From: a virus
Taxonomy: Duplodnaviria > Heunggongvirae > Uroviricota > Caudoviricetes
Virus record (IMG/VR): IMGVR_UViG_3300027734_000034
Direction: 5' to 3' (one strand)
Length of the DNA stretch: 64,000 nt
A program made the translations under genes and the position numbers. The notes beneath the pieces are model-generated. The model ran no database searches. It saw only the letters and a list, made by a program, of their open reading frames with translations, and was not told the DNA's origin. Positions 14,948 through 24,342 of this stretch are shown one piece after another. How positions within the stretch are numbered: the stretch's first letter is position 1; each line of letters starts with the position of its first letter.

Positions 14948-15483
14948 ACTGTTATTTCGTTTTCCGTCTGTATGTTGAAATTGTTTTCAGTATCAATTAA
15001 GTCACTAGTTGTTTCTGTTTGTAAATCTAAGCCCGGTACAGGAACACCTGTCCATGTAATCTGTGCTGATATAAAATGAAACATGGTTGTATTTACTAAC
15101 GGATTAACTAATATGCGAACATTTGACGCAAAAATATCCATATTATAACCGGTCAACGCATTGCCATTGAAAATAGTACTATGTCCACTCCATTTGATAT
15201 TACTACCATCTGTTAATATAGTAGCAGTTAATGTGATATTTTCACTATCATTACTAGAAACATCATTGGAATTAATTTGAAAAACACCTTGCGTAAATGA
15301 TGTAGCAGGTGTTTGAAATATTACTTGATTAGGAATAGCTCCTGTTGAATATGCACTTGAAGTAAAAAATCCTGTACTGAATAATTGTGTGAAATTGTTG
15401 TTAATCTTCTGAAAGGCCGTACGTAACGGATCACCTTCACCGTCGTTAGGTTGAGCACCTACATTAATTATTTCTTGTGTCAT
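14944..15483 (-). CDS. hypothetical protein (179 aa)
   Basis: ORF with RBS AGGAT; preceded by GATAAATAC box. Confidence 0.45.
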   Translation of the reverse strand: MTQEIINVGAQPNDGEGDPLRTAFQKINNNFTQLFSTGFFTSSAYSTGAIPNQVIFQTPATSFTQGVFQINSNDVSSNDSENITLTATILTDGSNIKWSGHSTIFNGNALTGYNMDIFASNVRILVNPLVNTTMFHFISAQITWTGVPVPGLDLQTETTSDLIDTENNFNIQTENEITV

Positions 15484-15505
15484 ATCTAAATCCTAAACTA
15501 TAGTG

Positions 15506-15513
15506 TATTTATC
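15506..15513 (-). promoter_or_regulatory. late-promoter-like box GATAAATA
   Basis: Minus-strand GTGATAAATACACTATAGTTTAGGATTTAGATATG; box 22 nt upstream of ATG at 15483. Confidence 0.35.
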
Positions 15514-15524
15514 ACTATTTTGGA

Positions 15525-15794
15525 TTAGTTAGCTTCATCCCATAACTTCTTCTGAGTCAGGTACCACTCAATCCAGCTGTCATATTTACTTGCACATTCG
15601 TGGTATGTGCCGTAGTTTTTAATGACGGATTTAGTAAAATCTACGATTGTGACGGTATCACCTTCAATAGTTTCTAGTTGCTTAGGGCAACCTTTTAATA
15701 AAGTAGCAGGAGCCTCAGGGAATTTAGGAGTTAATGGAACAGGAGTGCTGCAAGATGTTAGGAAAACAGCGGCTAGTATAATTAAGTATTTCAT
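15525..15794 (-). CDS. small lipoprotein, candidate o-spanin
   Basis: Signal peptide with lipobox LTSC (MKYLIILAAVFLTSC); 89 aa; start overlaps the stop of the upstream membrane/coiled-coil gene (ATGA), as in the T4 pseT.3/pseT.2 spanin pair. Confidence 0.4.
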   Translation of the reverse strand: MKYLIILAAVFLTSCSTPVPLTPKFPEAPATLLKGCPKQLETIEGDTVTIVDFTKSVIKNYGTYHECASKYDSWIEWYLTQKKLWDEAN

Positions 15795-16252
15795 TTTGTT
15801 ATTTCGTGTGGTATTGTTGCTGCTTCATTCACAGATTTTAATATAACTTGAGGAATCGCAGGACAGTTCTCAATATATTTGATTACCTCGTTGTCTTTGA
15901 CTACTTCCTTGTCAATATATTTTATAATATCTTGACCTTTTGTTCTGATGTATTCTGTTTTGGTGACTACTTTTTCTACAATTTTTACATTTTCTTCTTG
16001 TGAAACTGCTTCTTTTGTCGCTAGTTTAGCTTCAACCTCTTTGACTTTTAGTTGCCAAGATTCTTCGTTAGCTAACCCGCCTTCTATATAAAGTCCAAAA
16101 CTCAATAATAATAAACTGATTATCTGTATGGGTAGTTGATATGTTCTGATGAAGGGGATGAAACCTAGAATAAATCCAGCGATAGTTCCTAATATTCCCG
16201 CTATTAATATTAGATGAGTTACTAAATCAGGAAGAAAGTGTAGTATGAACAT
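15791..16252 (-). CDS. membrane protein with coiled-coil periplasmic domain, candidate i-spanin
   Basis: N-terminal hydrophobic segment(s) (residues about 5-55) followed by Lys/Glu-rich helical region; immediately upstream of lipoprotein gene. Confidence 0.4.
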   Translation of the reverse strand: MFILHFLPDLVTHLILIAGILGTIAGFILGFIPFIRTYQLPIQIISLLLLSFGLYIEGGLANEESWQLKVKEVEAKLATKEAVSQEENVKIVEKVVTKTEYIRTKGQDIIKYIDKEVVKDNEVIKYIENCPAIPQVILKSVNEAATIPHEITK

Positions 16253-16260
16253 GCATATAT

Positions 16261-17220
16261 TTATCTATAATAGTCTGAGTTTTTCAACCAGTTGTAGTAG
16301 TTTTGAAAGCCTTCTTCCACATCAGTTTTAGGATTGAATCCAAAGTCTTGTCTAGCTGCATCAATATTCAATGCTCCGCGACTTGGAAAATCAATATCTT
16401 TTGCGCCAACTTCTAAATGACCGCCACCAGCTAATTCTAGTGCCATCTGTGCAGCCTTGAGTAGGGTGACGCTGTGGCTCTTTGTGATGTTGTATGTCTT
16501 GTTCTCTGTATTGTCGCTTAATGCTGCTGCTACAATACCATCAGCCGCATCATCTACATAAGTGAAGTCTAGTTTTTCATGCTCACCATTGACTTTCAGT
16601 ACTTTGCCCCGCATTGCTGTGAGTAAGAATTTGCTGATGACACGATCCTCTACATCGAATGGTCCATAAACAGCACTGGGGCGAATAATAGTATGAACAA
16701 GATTAGTACGGCGAGTATAGTCTTTAACAAGCCATTCACCCGCGAGTTTGAGTATTCCATATTGTCCTTGTGGTTTGCATTCATAATCTTCCTTTACATC
16801 ATCTTTAAAATCACCATATACCATAGACGAACTAATATAGATGAACTTACGAACATCGTAATTGTTACTAGATTCTAATAGATTGAGTAATCCTTCGCTC
16901 ATAGTACGGCTACCTAATGCTGGATTACTATTGACAACTTTCTGTCTAGGAAAGCTAGCCATGTGAATCACGATCTCCGGTTCTTCAATTCTAAAAATGT
17001 TATCTATTTCTTTAGCGTATGTGATATCTGTCACATACTGAAAACTCGTATCACCAATCTTCTTTTGTCGTTCAGCCATGAGATAATCAATCTCACTTTG
17101 AGGGATGATACCATAGTTAGTCTTGTTATCAATTATTGATACTGTATGTCCTTGATCCTGTAATCGTTTTACTACATTGTGACCGATTAGGCCCATACCG
17201 CCTGTTACTAATATGTTCAT
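16261..17220 (-). CDS. NAD-dependent epimerase/dehydratase (SDR family)
   Basis: N-terminal Rossmann motif ILVTGGMGLIGHNVV; catalytic YxxxK (YGILK). Confidence 0.6.
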   Translation of the reverse strand: MNILVTGGMGLIGHNVVKRLQDQGHTVSIIDNKTNYGIIPQSEIDYLMAERQKKIGDTSFQYVTDITYAKEIDNIFRIEEPEIVIHMASFPRQKVVNSNPALGSRTMSEGLLNLLESSNNYDVRKFIYISSSMVYGDFKDDVKEDYECKPQGQYGILKLAGEWLVKDYTRRTNLVHTIIRPSAVYGPFDVEDRVISKFLLTAMRGKVLKVNGEHEKLDFTYVDDAADGIVAAALSDNTENKTYNITKSHSVTLLKAAQMALELAGGGHLEVGAKDIDFPSRGALNIDAARQDFGFNPKTDVEEGFQNYYNWLKNSDYYR

Positions 17221-17462
17221 TGGAATTTTAATTTAAAATAAGTGTGGTCGATAGCTTTGAGTTTTGCTGTTATAGTATATACATGCCCATAATTGAATTG
17301 ATCAGAAGTTCTATTCCACATTGGAACATCTACTGCATTATCCATGACCCATCTACCTGCTTCTGATTGTTGCCATTCCCATAATGGATGTGCTATATAC
17401 AAATCGGGATCTTCTACATCTCCCATTTTTATTGTATGTACTACGCACTCTACTATATTCAT
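17217..17462 (-). CDS. hypothetical protein (81 aa)
   Basis: ORF, overlapping start/stop with neighbours. Confidence 0.4.
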   Translation of the reverse strand: MNIVECVVHTIKMGDVEDPDLYIAHPLWEWQQSEAGRWVMDNAVDVPMWNRTSDQFNYGHVYTITAKLKAIDHTYFKLKFQ

Positions 17463-18367
17463 ACTGCCATATCAGCTTTGATAGCAGTATGGCATTTATA
17501 ATCAACTAACTCAATATCATCCATCGTGAATTCTTCAATAGTTTTTATATCCTTATTGAGTTTCAATACTGGTAATGGTAATGGATCACGGCTCAACTGC
17601 TCTTTAACTTGTTCAACATGATTAGTATAGATATGTGTGTCACCAGTACTGATGACTAATTCACCAACACCTAACTCGCATACTTGTGCTATTAAATGAG
17701 TGAGTAACGCATAGCTACTAATGTTAAAAGGTAAACCAAGAAACACATCCACACTACGCTGGTACATATGGCAAGATAATTCTTTATTCTTGTTGACATA
17801 GAATTGACATAAGACATGACACGGTGGCAAAGCCATCTGGTCTAACTCACCCGGGTTCCATGCAGTAAGTATGTGTCTACGACCATTAGGGTCTTTTTGT
17901 ATACCCTCTATTAGAATTTTTAACTGGTCTACTTCTTTATGATGTATACTACCTTGACGATTGTAATGATTGCCAAAGTCATCTTTAAAAACTTCAGTTT
18001 TATGTGATACAGGAGTAAGCCAATGTCTCCATTGTACTCCATATACACGACCTAAGTCCCCATGGAACTTTGCTTTATCTTTCCAGTAAGGAGCATAAGC
18101 ATTTGGTGTCCATATGGTAACTGCCCCTGTTCCACCATGTGTAATTTCTGCTAATCTGCGTTCATCTCCGCTTCCTTCGATGAACCAAAGTAGTTCTCCT
18201 ACACACGCTTTCCAAGCAAGTTTTTTAGTAGTGACGGCTGGAAAACCCCTACGCAAATCAAAGCGAAGGTGATGTCCAAACATACTAATAGTCCCAGTGC
18301 CAGTTCTATCATCTTTTGTTTCTCCATTAGTTAGAATATCTTGTAATAATTCTAAATATTGTTTCAT
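17459..18367 (-). CDS. thyA: thymidylate synthase
   Basis: Near-identical ThyA motifs: MKQYLELLQDIL..DRTGTGT.S.FGHQ.RF, catalytic PPCH (ALPPCHVLCQFYV), YQRS.DVFLGLPFNI.SYALL. Confidence 0.9.
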   Translation of the reverse strand: MKQYLELLQDILTNGETKDDRTGTGTISMFGHHLRFDLRRGFPAVTTKKLAWKACVGELLWFIEGSGDERRLAEITHGGTGAVTIWTPNAYAPYWKDKAKFHGDLGRVYGVQWRHWLTPVSHKTEVFKDDFGNHYNRQGSIHHKEVDQLKILIEGIQKDPNGRRHILTAWNPGELDQMALPPCHVLCQFYVNKNKELSCHMYQRSVDVFLGLPFNISSYALLTHLIAQVCELGVGELVISTGDTHIYTNHVEQVKEQLSRDPLPLPVLKLNKDIKTIEEFTMDDIELVDYKCHTAIKADMAV

Positions 18368-18660
18368 AGGTTACCTAGTATCTTATCTGTTTCTGGTTGG
18401 ACAGTATCAGCAATACTTTGTACATTAAGTAGAAATTCTACACCAACCACAGAGTCATCTAACTCTTGTAGTTTTCTACTTACCACTTCTTCTATCTGGT
18501 CTGCGTCCAATCCTTGATTTAAAAATTTTTCAATGTTTAATGTTTGTTGTCTCTTACCTTCTAATTTAATTATTAATTTCTTAATGAATTGAACGGGTAT
18601 TTTATTTTTCTCAACATCTTCAAGGATATGTTCCCACTTTTCGATGAATTCTGGGCTCAT
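18364..18660 (-). CDS. hypothetical protein (98 aa)
   Basis: ORF overlapping thyA start by 4 nt. Confidence 0.4.
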   Translation of the reverse strand: MSPEFIEKWEHILEDVEKNKIPVQFIKKLIIKLEGKRQQTLNIEKFLNQGLDADQIEEVVSRKLQELDDSVVGVEFLLNVQSIADTVQPETDKILGNL

Positions 18661-19388
18661 TATGCACTAACTTTTGCTCTTGTTTTCTTTACTTTAGGTG
18701 CAGGTGTAGCAACTGGTGCTTCAACTACAACTGCTTTCTTACTTGCTCTTGGCTTTTTCTCCATTACAGGAGGATCCATCTCTGCTGCTTGTTTCAATAG
18801 ATCAGCACTTTCAGCCATCAATCCTTTGGCCTCTGCTGCCATTCTAGCTGCTTGTTGACGCAAGTTATTTGCTATTGCACTATCACCCAATGCATCATTG
18901 CTGCTAGCAACCAATGGTGGTTGTTGAACCTTAGCATCACGGGTTTTGTTTTCACGCTGTCTACGTGCTACCTCTGCGGGAGTTTGCATTCCTCTGCTTT
19001 GGTCAATGTCAGCCATGCGTTTAACAGCATCTTCTCCCTGTTTCATCTCAGTCAAAATTTTATTGAGTTCATTCAATTTAATTTTAGTCTGTGGATTTGG
19101 TGTGACAACGATATTCTCTGTATTAACTTTCTTTAGTAAACCTTCACGGTGTAATACTTGTAGTATTGGCTTACCATCTAAACCCAAGGTGCGGTTTAAA
19201 GCATCCGACAGCGATTCGCTATGTTGTCCAATATCACTTTCAATACAACGAATCAATGGATCGTGTATATGCTGATTTAGTGTTTCAGTGTATGTTACCA
19301 GACACATGTGAGATTCACCTGGAACCTCACGAAAAATGATAGCAACCTTACGATCACCGTGTTTACCGACATGTTTTAAAAAACTCAT
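18660..19388 (-). CDS. hypothetical protein with basic Ala/Lys/Pro-rich C-terminal tail (histone-H1-like)
   Basis: RBS AAGGAG; C-terminus KKPRASKKAVVVEAPVATPAPKVKKTRAKVSA. Confidence 0.45.
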   Translation of the reverse strand: MSFLKHVGKHGDRKVAIIFREVPGESHMCLVTYTETLNQHIHDPLIRCIESDIGQHSESLSDALNRTLGLDGKPILQVLHREGLLKKVNTENIVVTPNPQTKIKLNELNKILTEMKQGEDAVKRMADIDQSRGMQTPAEVARRQRENKTRDAKVQQPPLVASSNDALGDSAIANNLRQQAARMAAEAKGLMAESADLLKQAAEMDPPVMEKKPRASKKAVVVEAPVATPAPKVKKTRAKVSA

Positions 19389-19455
19389 AAATTATTCTCC
19401 TTGAGTACATAGATATTTAATATCTAATGTATACAAGTAAATATTTTTATGAGTG

Positions 19456-19866
19456 TTATTGGGTCAATGAGTCAAGCAGTTTATAATGCTCGTATGCTTG
19501 CACGACCGCAGGTGTACTGTTGCGGCTCTTAGGAGATACTTCTACCCAAATATCTTGGCTCAAATTAGGATGAATGAACTGACTGCCTAGGCTTGCAAAA
19601 TTCCGTGGCTGGTGAATCTTACCACCATGATATAACTGTGTTGCAAGTTCTTCTACCTCATTCCATGGCTTGACCGCAAGATCATATTCTTCAGGGCGGC
19701 TTGAAGAAAAATTACTATCCTCGTAGTATTCTTTTACCACAAAAAGAAATTGTTCAAGGTCTTTAGCCTTAGTGCGAGTGATAATCAATAGTACATCATC
19801 CACGGACACTTCGTCCATTAACAGACTACGCAAGCACCTACCTAAACTTGTACCAATATACATCAT
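19456..19866 (-). CDS. hypothetical protein (136 aa)
   Basis: ORF only. Confidence 0.4.
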   Translation of the reverse strand: MMYIGTSLGRCLRSLLMDEVSVDDVLLIITRTKAKDLEQFLFVVKEYYEDSNFSSSRPEEYDLAVKPWNEVEELATQLYHGGKIHQPRNFASLGSQFIHPNLSQDIWVEVSPKSRNSTPAVVQAYEHYKLLDSLTQ

Positions 19867-20234
19867 ACAATCACCTGCTGTTTCTTATTTGCTCTATCGC
19901 TATAAAATTTATGTCCTACATTACGAATACAATCAGCTATTACCTGTGGACTATTTTCAAATGTTTCTCTAATATCTTCTTCGGATAACTCTGAATCAAA
20001 GGCATAGATTTCATAATGCCGTTGAGTATTTGCCCTAGCCCTCATTATCATCATATCTAATGGAACATATGCTGGCTTAAGTGTTTGATTTTGTTCTTTG
20101 AGAATACGAAAGATATTTTCTTTTTCCCATTGTTCATGTTCTTTTTCTATTTTTGTGACATTGATGAGGCACTCAAGCCCAGTCATGTCCCACATGGCAA
20201 CGAATCTAGTTGTTTTCTTCTTTGAGTAACGCAT
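19863..20234 (-). CDS. hypothetical protein (123 aa)
   Basis: ORF only. Confidence 0.4.
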   Translation of the reverse strand: MRYSKKKTTRFVAMWDMTGLECLINVTKIEKEHEQWEKENIFRILKEQNQTLKPAYVPLDMMIMRARANTQRHYEIYAFDSELSEEDIRETFENSPQVIADCIRNVGHKFYSDRANKKQQVIV

Positions 20235-20454
20235 AAACTGTTTCAGCTTTTTCTACTAAATCACGCAAGCTAGGTTCTGTTTCAGATAACTTGAGTATGT
20301 CTTTCCAAGTAAACCATCTTTGAGTAACTTTTGTTAAAGGGTCCTCTTGTAACAAAGTACGGACAGACGATCCACTCTCTCGGGAGTAGATCGTCTTACC
20401 ATGATCAGGGCTTTCTAATACTTTACCTTTATACTCATCAATTTGTTTCATCAT
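20206..20454 (-). CDS. hypothetical protein. The track ORF extends to 20559 and overlaps the upstream gene; the likely start is MKQIDEY at 20454.
   Basis: Internal ATG pair at 20454/20451 just after upstream stop. Confidence 0.35.
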   Translation of the reverse strand: MMKQIDEYKGKVLESPDHGKTIYSRESGSSVRTLLQEDPLTKVTQRWFTWKDILKLSETEPSLRDLVEKAETVYALLKEENN

Positions 20455-21733
20455 ATAGTGCAAAAGTACCGAATGGGGGATTCGGATTTTTGTCACCATG
20501 AATGATCCAAGTTGTATCACAATAATCAGGGTCGCCCCAGCTACCACAGGGATATCCATCAGTGAATACGATCAATCGTTTAGGATCAATTGCATTTTCT
20601 TTCAAGTATTCAAAGATACAATCAAAGTCAGTACCACCACCACCTTGTGGTTCATACTCATCAATAGTATCCATGCTATCGCTATTGAAGTCTTGTGGAT
20701 TGTAAGTATTAGTATCAAAGCAGAATACATGGACCTTGTATCCATCAAACGCATCCATCATGCCACCGATCTCACCCAAGAATGCTTGTGCTTGACTGTT
20801 GCTAATACTACCACTCATATCAAGTGATACAACAACATCAATTTCTTCACCGGGGTTCATGCCGGGCATGATAGCATCCATGTGCCAACCTCTGCGAGAA
20901 GGGCGCATCCAAGAATAATCTGCACGGATAGCACTAATCAGATTAGTCTGAATCAGTTCGCGCCAGGGCATGACTGGGTCAGTATGTTGTTTGATTAAAC
21001 GCTCGACACCTAAGGGCAACTGACCGGCTTCGCAAGTACTTGCGGCGCTGATGATTGCTTGTTTCATTTCTTGACGCAAACGCTCACGCTCTTCGGGAGA
21101 CATTTTAGGACGACCTTTGCCATTGGCTTCTTTGTCGCCATCACCATCTCCATCGTTATCTCCCTCACCTTCATCTTCAAGGTGATCGTCAATCATTTGA
21201 TCCAGCAAACTATCAATATCAATATGCTTGACATTCTTCATCAAGTCATCATAGATTTCCTCGCTGGGCTTACCATCATACTTGCGTTCGTACAAGCATG
21301 GGACACTTGTAATAAATGTGCCGACACCGTGTCGTTTCAAGTCTGCGTTAACTGCATAGTCATTGGCGATGTTAAACATCTGAGGGTCACGATTGCCGAT
21401 ACGACCCATATGATCATACACTACATGCAATACTTCATGTCCAACTAGAAACTCAACCTCTTTGGGTTTCAATAGCATAATGAAACGGCTATTGTAATAG
21501 AATTTTTGACCATCAGTAGCCGCTGTAGCGCACCACTCGTCAGCATTAGTTAATTTGAGGCGTGTAGCAAGATTGCCAAAGAATGAATGACGCAATAGCA
21601 AACCCACACGTGCCGAAATCAATCGTTCACGGGCTTGTGCATCAATCTTAGGGTCAGTAGGTCCAACAAGTTTATCAAACTTGTCGCTACGCTTTTTCTT
21701 TTTTGTTGGGGCAATTACGCTACTCATATACAA
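20438..21733 (-). CDS. VWA-domain protein with N-terminal HExxH metallopeptidase-like domain (CobT/NorD-like partner of AAA+ ATPase)
   Basis: HEVLHVVYDH motif; MIDAS motif DVVVSLDMSGSIS; adjacent to MoxR-like ATPase. Confidence 0.55.
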   Translation of the reverse strand: MYMSSVIAPTKKKKRSDKFDKLVGPTDPKIDAQARERLISARVGLLLRHSFFGNLATRLKLTNADEWCATAATDGQKFYYNSRFIMLLKPKEVEFLVGHEVLHVVYDHMGRIGNRDPQMFNIANDYAVNADLKRHGVGTFITSVPCLYERKYDGKPSEEIYDDLMKNVKHIDIDSLLDQMIDDHLEDEGEGDNDGDGDGDKEANGKGRPKMSPEERERLRQEMKQAIISAASTCEAGQLPLGVERLIKQHTDPVMPWRELIQTNLISAIRADYSWMRPSRRGWHMDAIMPGMNPGEEIDVVVSLDMSGSISNSQAQAFLGEIGGMMDAFDGYKVHVFCFDTNTYNPQDFNSDSMDTIDEYEPQGGGGTDFDCIFEYLKENAIDPKRLIVFTDGYPCGSWGDPDYCDTTWIIHGDKNPNPPFGTFALYDETN

Positions 21734-21754
21734 TCCTTTATCAAATATGCTGTA

Positions 21755-21783
21755 TTATAGCATACAAATTATTTTATAGCAAG
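21755..21783 (-). promoter_or_regulatory. sigma70-type promoter TTGCTA-N17-TGcTATAAT (extended -10)
   Basis: Minus strand cTTGCTATAAAATAATTTGTATGCTATAATacagc; 22 nt upstream of ATG at 21733 with RBS AAGGA. Confidence 0.5.
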
Positions 21784-21817
21784 TAAAAAGAGTGAGAATG
21801 TTCACACCATTCTCACC
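21784..21817 (-). terminator. rho-independent terminator after AAA+ ATPase gene
   Basis: 8-bp stem GTGAGAAT/ATTCTCAC with 9-nt loop, followed on minus-strand RNA by UCUUUUUAC. Confidence 0.5.
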
Positions 21818-21825
21818 CATAAACT

Positions 21826-22932
21826 TTAGTTACCTGCGTCTACAATGTACTTGCCGTACTTCTTGTGGAAGTCATCAAAGTGTTTTAGTTGACTAGGCTC
21901 AATCGGCAACTTGTAAGTCTTAAGCGCAATCTTAGCACCCATCACAACCAATTCAGTTTCAAAGTTCTTCATCATGTAAGACAAGAAATTGTCAGACATT
22001 TCATGGAACTTCTTCATAGTTACCTTTTGATGTTCCAATGCATCACGCAATTCATAGCACAATGAAATTGTTAGTGAATACATTGCAGAGATTTCCTTAA
22101 CATTCAAGTCAGTAACTTTACCTGACAAGATATCGCTCGGCTCGGGCAACTTGCCAGAAATCTTGCGGTGTGCAGAAAACTTAACAGCAAGCCCTTCACC
22201 GACACTACCTGCAATCAGATTGAACAGTGTATCAGTATCAGTGTCTGCCTCGTCATCCAACAAGTCAGACACAAAGCACCAGCTACGTGGGGTAGCAAAT
22301 GCACGGCTTGAAGATTTGCTATTGAAATCGTACAAGTCCTGTTTTGCAAAACTCAAGTAACCAACCACGTCCTTATGAATGCCTTTGTTGACTGCCCATG
22401 TCTGCCATGAAGTAAAGTCAGGGCGCATTTCCAAGTGCAAGAAACGATTAGCAAGGGGCATCGGCATACGATAAGTAACACCTTTGTCACTATCACGATT
22501 ACCTGCTGCCACGATAACAACATTGTCAGGCAACTTGTACTTACCAACACGGCGATTCAAAATTAGTTGATAGCCAGCAGCCTGTACAGCAGGCATTGCA
22601 CTATTCATTTCATCTAAGAAAAGAACAATGATAGGATATTGTGATGCGAGTTCCTCGTCAGGCAAGTCGATTGGAGCAGCCCAATCCATCTTATTGAGGT
22701 CCTTGTTGAAGTATGGGATACCGCGAATGTCAGTGGGTTCCATTTGAGCCATACGCAAGTCAATCATATGACCACCAAGTTCGGCAGTAATGTCTGCTAC
22801 AACTTCGGATTTACCGATACCGGGAGGGCCCCAGAGAAACAAGGGACGCTTTGCTTTGAATGCTTTCAGAATAGCTTTGCGGGCTTGTACTGATGTTACT
22901 GTGAGATTGTCAGAGACTTGAGGTGATGCCAT
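21826..22932 (-). CDS. MoxR/CobS-like AAA+ ATPase
   Basis: Walker A LWGPPGIGKSEV; Walker B IVLFLDEMN; size 368 aa; paired with VWA protein. Confidence 0.6.
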   Translation of the reverse strand: MASPQVSDNLTVTSVQARKAILKAFKAKRPLFLWGPPGIGKSEVVADITAELGGHMIDLRMAQMEPTDIRGIPYFNKDLNKMDWAAPIDLPDEELASQYPIIVLFLDEMNSAMPAVQAAGYQLILNRRVGKYKLPDNVVIVAAGNRDSDKGVTYRMPMPLANRFLHLEMRPDFTSWQTWAVNKGIHKDVVGYLSFAKQDLYDFNSKSSSRAFATPRSWCFVSDLLDDEADTDTDTLFNLIAGSVGEGLAVKFSAHRKISGKLPEPSDILSGKVTDLNVKEISAMYSLTISLCYELRDALEHQKVTMKKFHEMSDNFLSYMMKNFETELVVMGAKIALKTYKLPIEPSQLKHFDDFHKKYGKYIVDAGN

Positions 22933-22975
22933 TATTAACTCCTATATGTTAGTGGCTTGCTTGAAAAGAAATTCT

Positions 22976-23004
22976 ATTATATACGAAAACTGATTTGTTG
23001 TCAA
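22976..23004 (-). promoter_or_regulatory. sigma70 consensus promoter TTGACA-N17-TATAAT
   Basis: Minus strand TTGACAACAAATCAGTTTTCGTATATAATA; the -10-proximal part TATTATATAC matches the 24-kb promoter repeat. Confidence 0.5.
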
Positions 23005-23030
23005 TCGTGATTGAATGTTTTGGGTAAACA

Positions 23031-23450
23031 TTATTCCTCAAACGCGCGGCGCAGAATCAACTCTTGGCGACTGAAGGCTTCAATCTCCCAGGGTTGGTCC
23101 AAGTAAGGTGTTTTCTTGCTGTACTTTTTACCTGCCCATGTATGACCATGCTTACCTTGTTTCAATGTACCTTTTGCAAACTGTTTCACATGGACCAATT
23201 CATGCGCTAGGGTGAGGCCAATTTGATACAGACTACGATGGGGTTTGATGACTACCAGATATGCACCAGTGTACTGTGATAGGTCGAGTGTCAAGCCTGC
23301 ATTGTCACCTTCGCATTCATCATATACACGGATAAGCAATGCTTTGCGGCAACGCTCAAGACCAAGCTGGGTAATCATTGAAGGAAGTAGTGCCTCAACA
23401 AATTTTTTATTACGGCGACTACCTTCAACTTTGATTTCCATCATAATCAT
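23031..23450 (-). CDS. small HExxH protein (SprT-like zinc-metallopeptidase motif)
   Basis: LAHELVHVKQF motif in 139-aa protein. Confidence 0.35.
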   Translation of the reverse strand: MIMMEIKVEGSRRNKKFVEALLPSMITQLGLERCRKALLIRVYDECEGDNAGLTLDLSQYTGAYLVVIKPHRSLYQIGLTLAHELVHVKQFAKGTLKQGKHGHTWAGKKYSKKTPYLDQPWEIEAFSRQELILRRAFEE

Positions 23451-23474
23451 ATATTTATTTCCTAGAGTAATTTA

Positions 23475-23690
23475 TTACTCAATCAATTCCGACAATTTAC
23501 CAATGTATGTTAATTCGCTAGGTTCGTACCATGCAGCCTTTTGTGTAGAATTGTCAGGCAATACAATGCTAACCTCACCTCTACTGTTAACACTGTCTAC
23601 AACTGTTATTGTTTTAAATTTTGTCATAACCACATCAAGCGGTTTAAATTTAAACTTTTCCGTTTTCATTACATGCTCCAGTAAATTCAT
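23475..23690 (-). CDS. hypothetical early protein (71 aa)
   Basis: ORF only. Confidence 0.4.
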   Translation of the reverse strand: MNLLEHVMKTEKFKFKPLDVVMTKFKTITVVDSVNSRGEVSIVLPDNSTQKAAWYEPSELTYIGKLSELIE

Positions 23691-23706
23691 TGAAAATGAT
23701 TAAATC

Positions 23707-23985
23707 TTAAGAGGACCAAAAAGTTTCGCTAGCAGGGGAACAGCACAGGGGAGTGTTAACATCTTCCTGATATTCGATACCGCTCATGAGGTTCTTGCGA
23801 GTTACCATGTTAGGCTTGTAATGCTGAGTGTTTACGATACTCAGTTCACCGGCAGACCAACCTGACTTGTTGCACAGACGGGTGCGAGTAGCACGGGCTG
23901 CCGCAAAAGTTTTGTATGCACGGGTACGATTAGAACCGTCAGTAACGATAAGACCAGTACCACGGGCGATAACATAATAAGACAT
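23707..23985 (-). CDS. hypothetical early protein (92 aa)
   Basis: ORF immediately downstream of consensus promoter P1. Confidence 0.45.
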   Translation of the reverse strand: MSYYVIARGTGLIVTDGSNRTRAYKTFAAARATRTRLCNKSGWSAGELSIVNTQHYKPNMVTRKNLMSGIEYQEDVNTPLCCSPASETFWSS

Positions 23986-24019
23986 TTAGAAATTCCTTTA
24001 ACTAACTGATTAAGACTCT

Positions 24020-24048
24020 ATTATATACCCAAAACCATTTAATGTCAA
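24020..24048 (-). promoter_or_regulatory. consensus sigma70 promoter TTGACA-N17-TATAAT (repeat copy 1)
   Basis: Minus strand GTTGACATTAAATGGTTTTGGGTATATAATA; the 31-bp plus-strand core TATTATATACCCAAAACCATTTAATGTCAAC is found three times. Confidence 0.6.
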
Positions 24049-24052
24049 CTGT

Positions 24053-24280
24053 TTACGCACAGATTTCAAACAACATTTCGCTACTGGAACCGTTGACTAC
24101 ACGGACTTTTTTGTCATTAACCATGATGTAGCCATAGTTGCCGTTATCATAGATACCGTGAGGGCAGGGTTCAATCGTCACTTTACGGATAATTTCACAA
24201 AAACCCCAACGCTTAGTAGGCAACTTACCTTGAAACAATCGCATGTTTTCAAGGGAAGTAATGAGAATTTTTGCTTTCAT
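24053..24280 (-). CDS. hypothetical early protein (75 aa)
   Basis: ORF downstream of promoter repeat copy 2. Confidence 0.45.
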   Translation of the reverse strand: MKAKILITSLENMRLFQGKLPTKRWGFCEIIRKVTIEPCPHGIYDNGNYGYIMVNDKKVRVVNGSSSEMLFEICA

Positions 24281-24313
24281 AATCTACTCTGTTCGTTGAC
24301 TGTCTAAGTATGT

Positions 24314-24342
24314 ATTATATACCCAAAACCATTTAATGTCAA
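24314..24342 (-). promoter_or_regulatory. consensus sigma70 promoter TTGACA-N17-TATAAT (repeat copy 2)
   Basis: Identical 31-bp core; extended 50-bp similarity with copy 3 (TTGACTGTCTAAG...). Confidence 0.6.
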
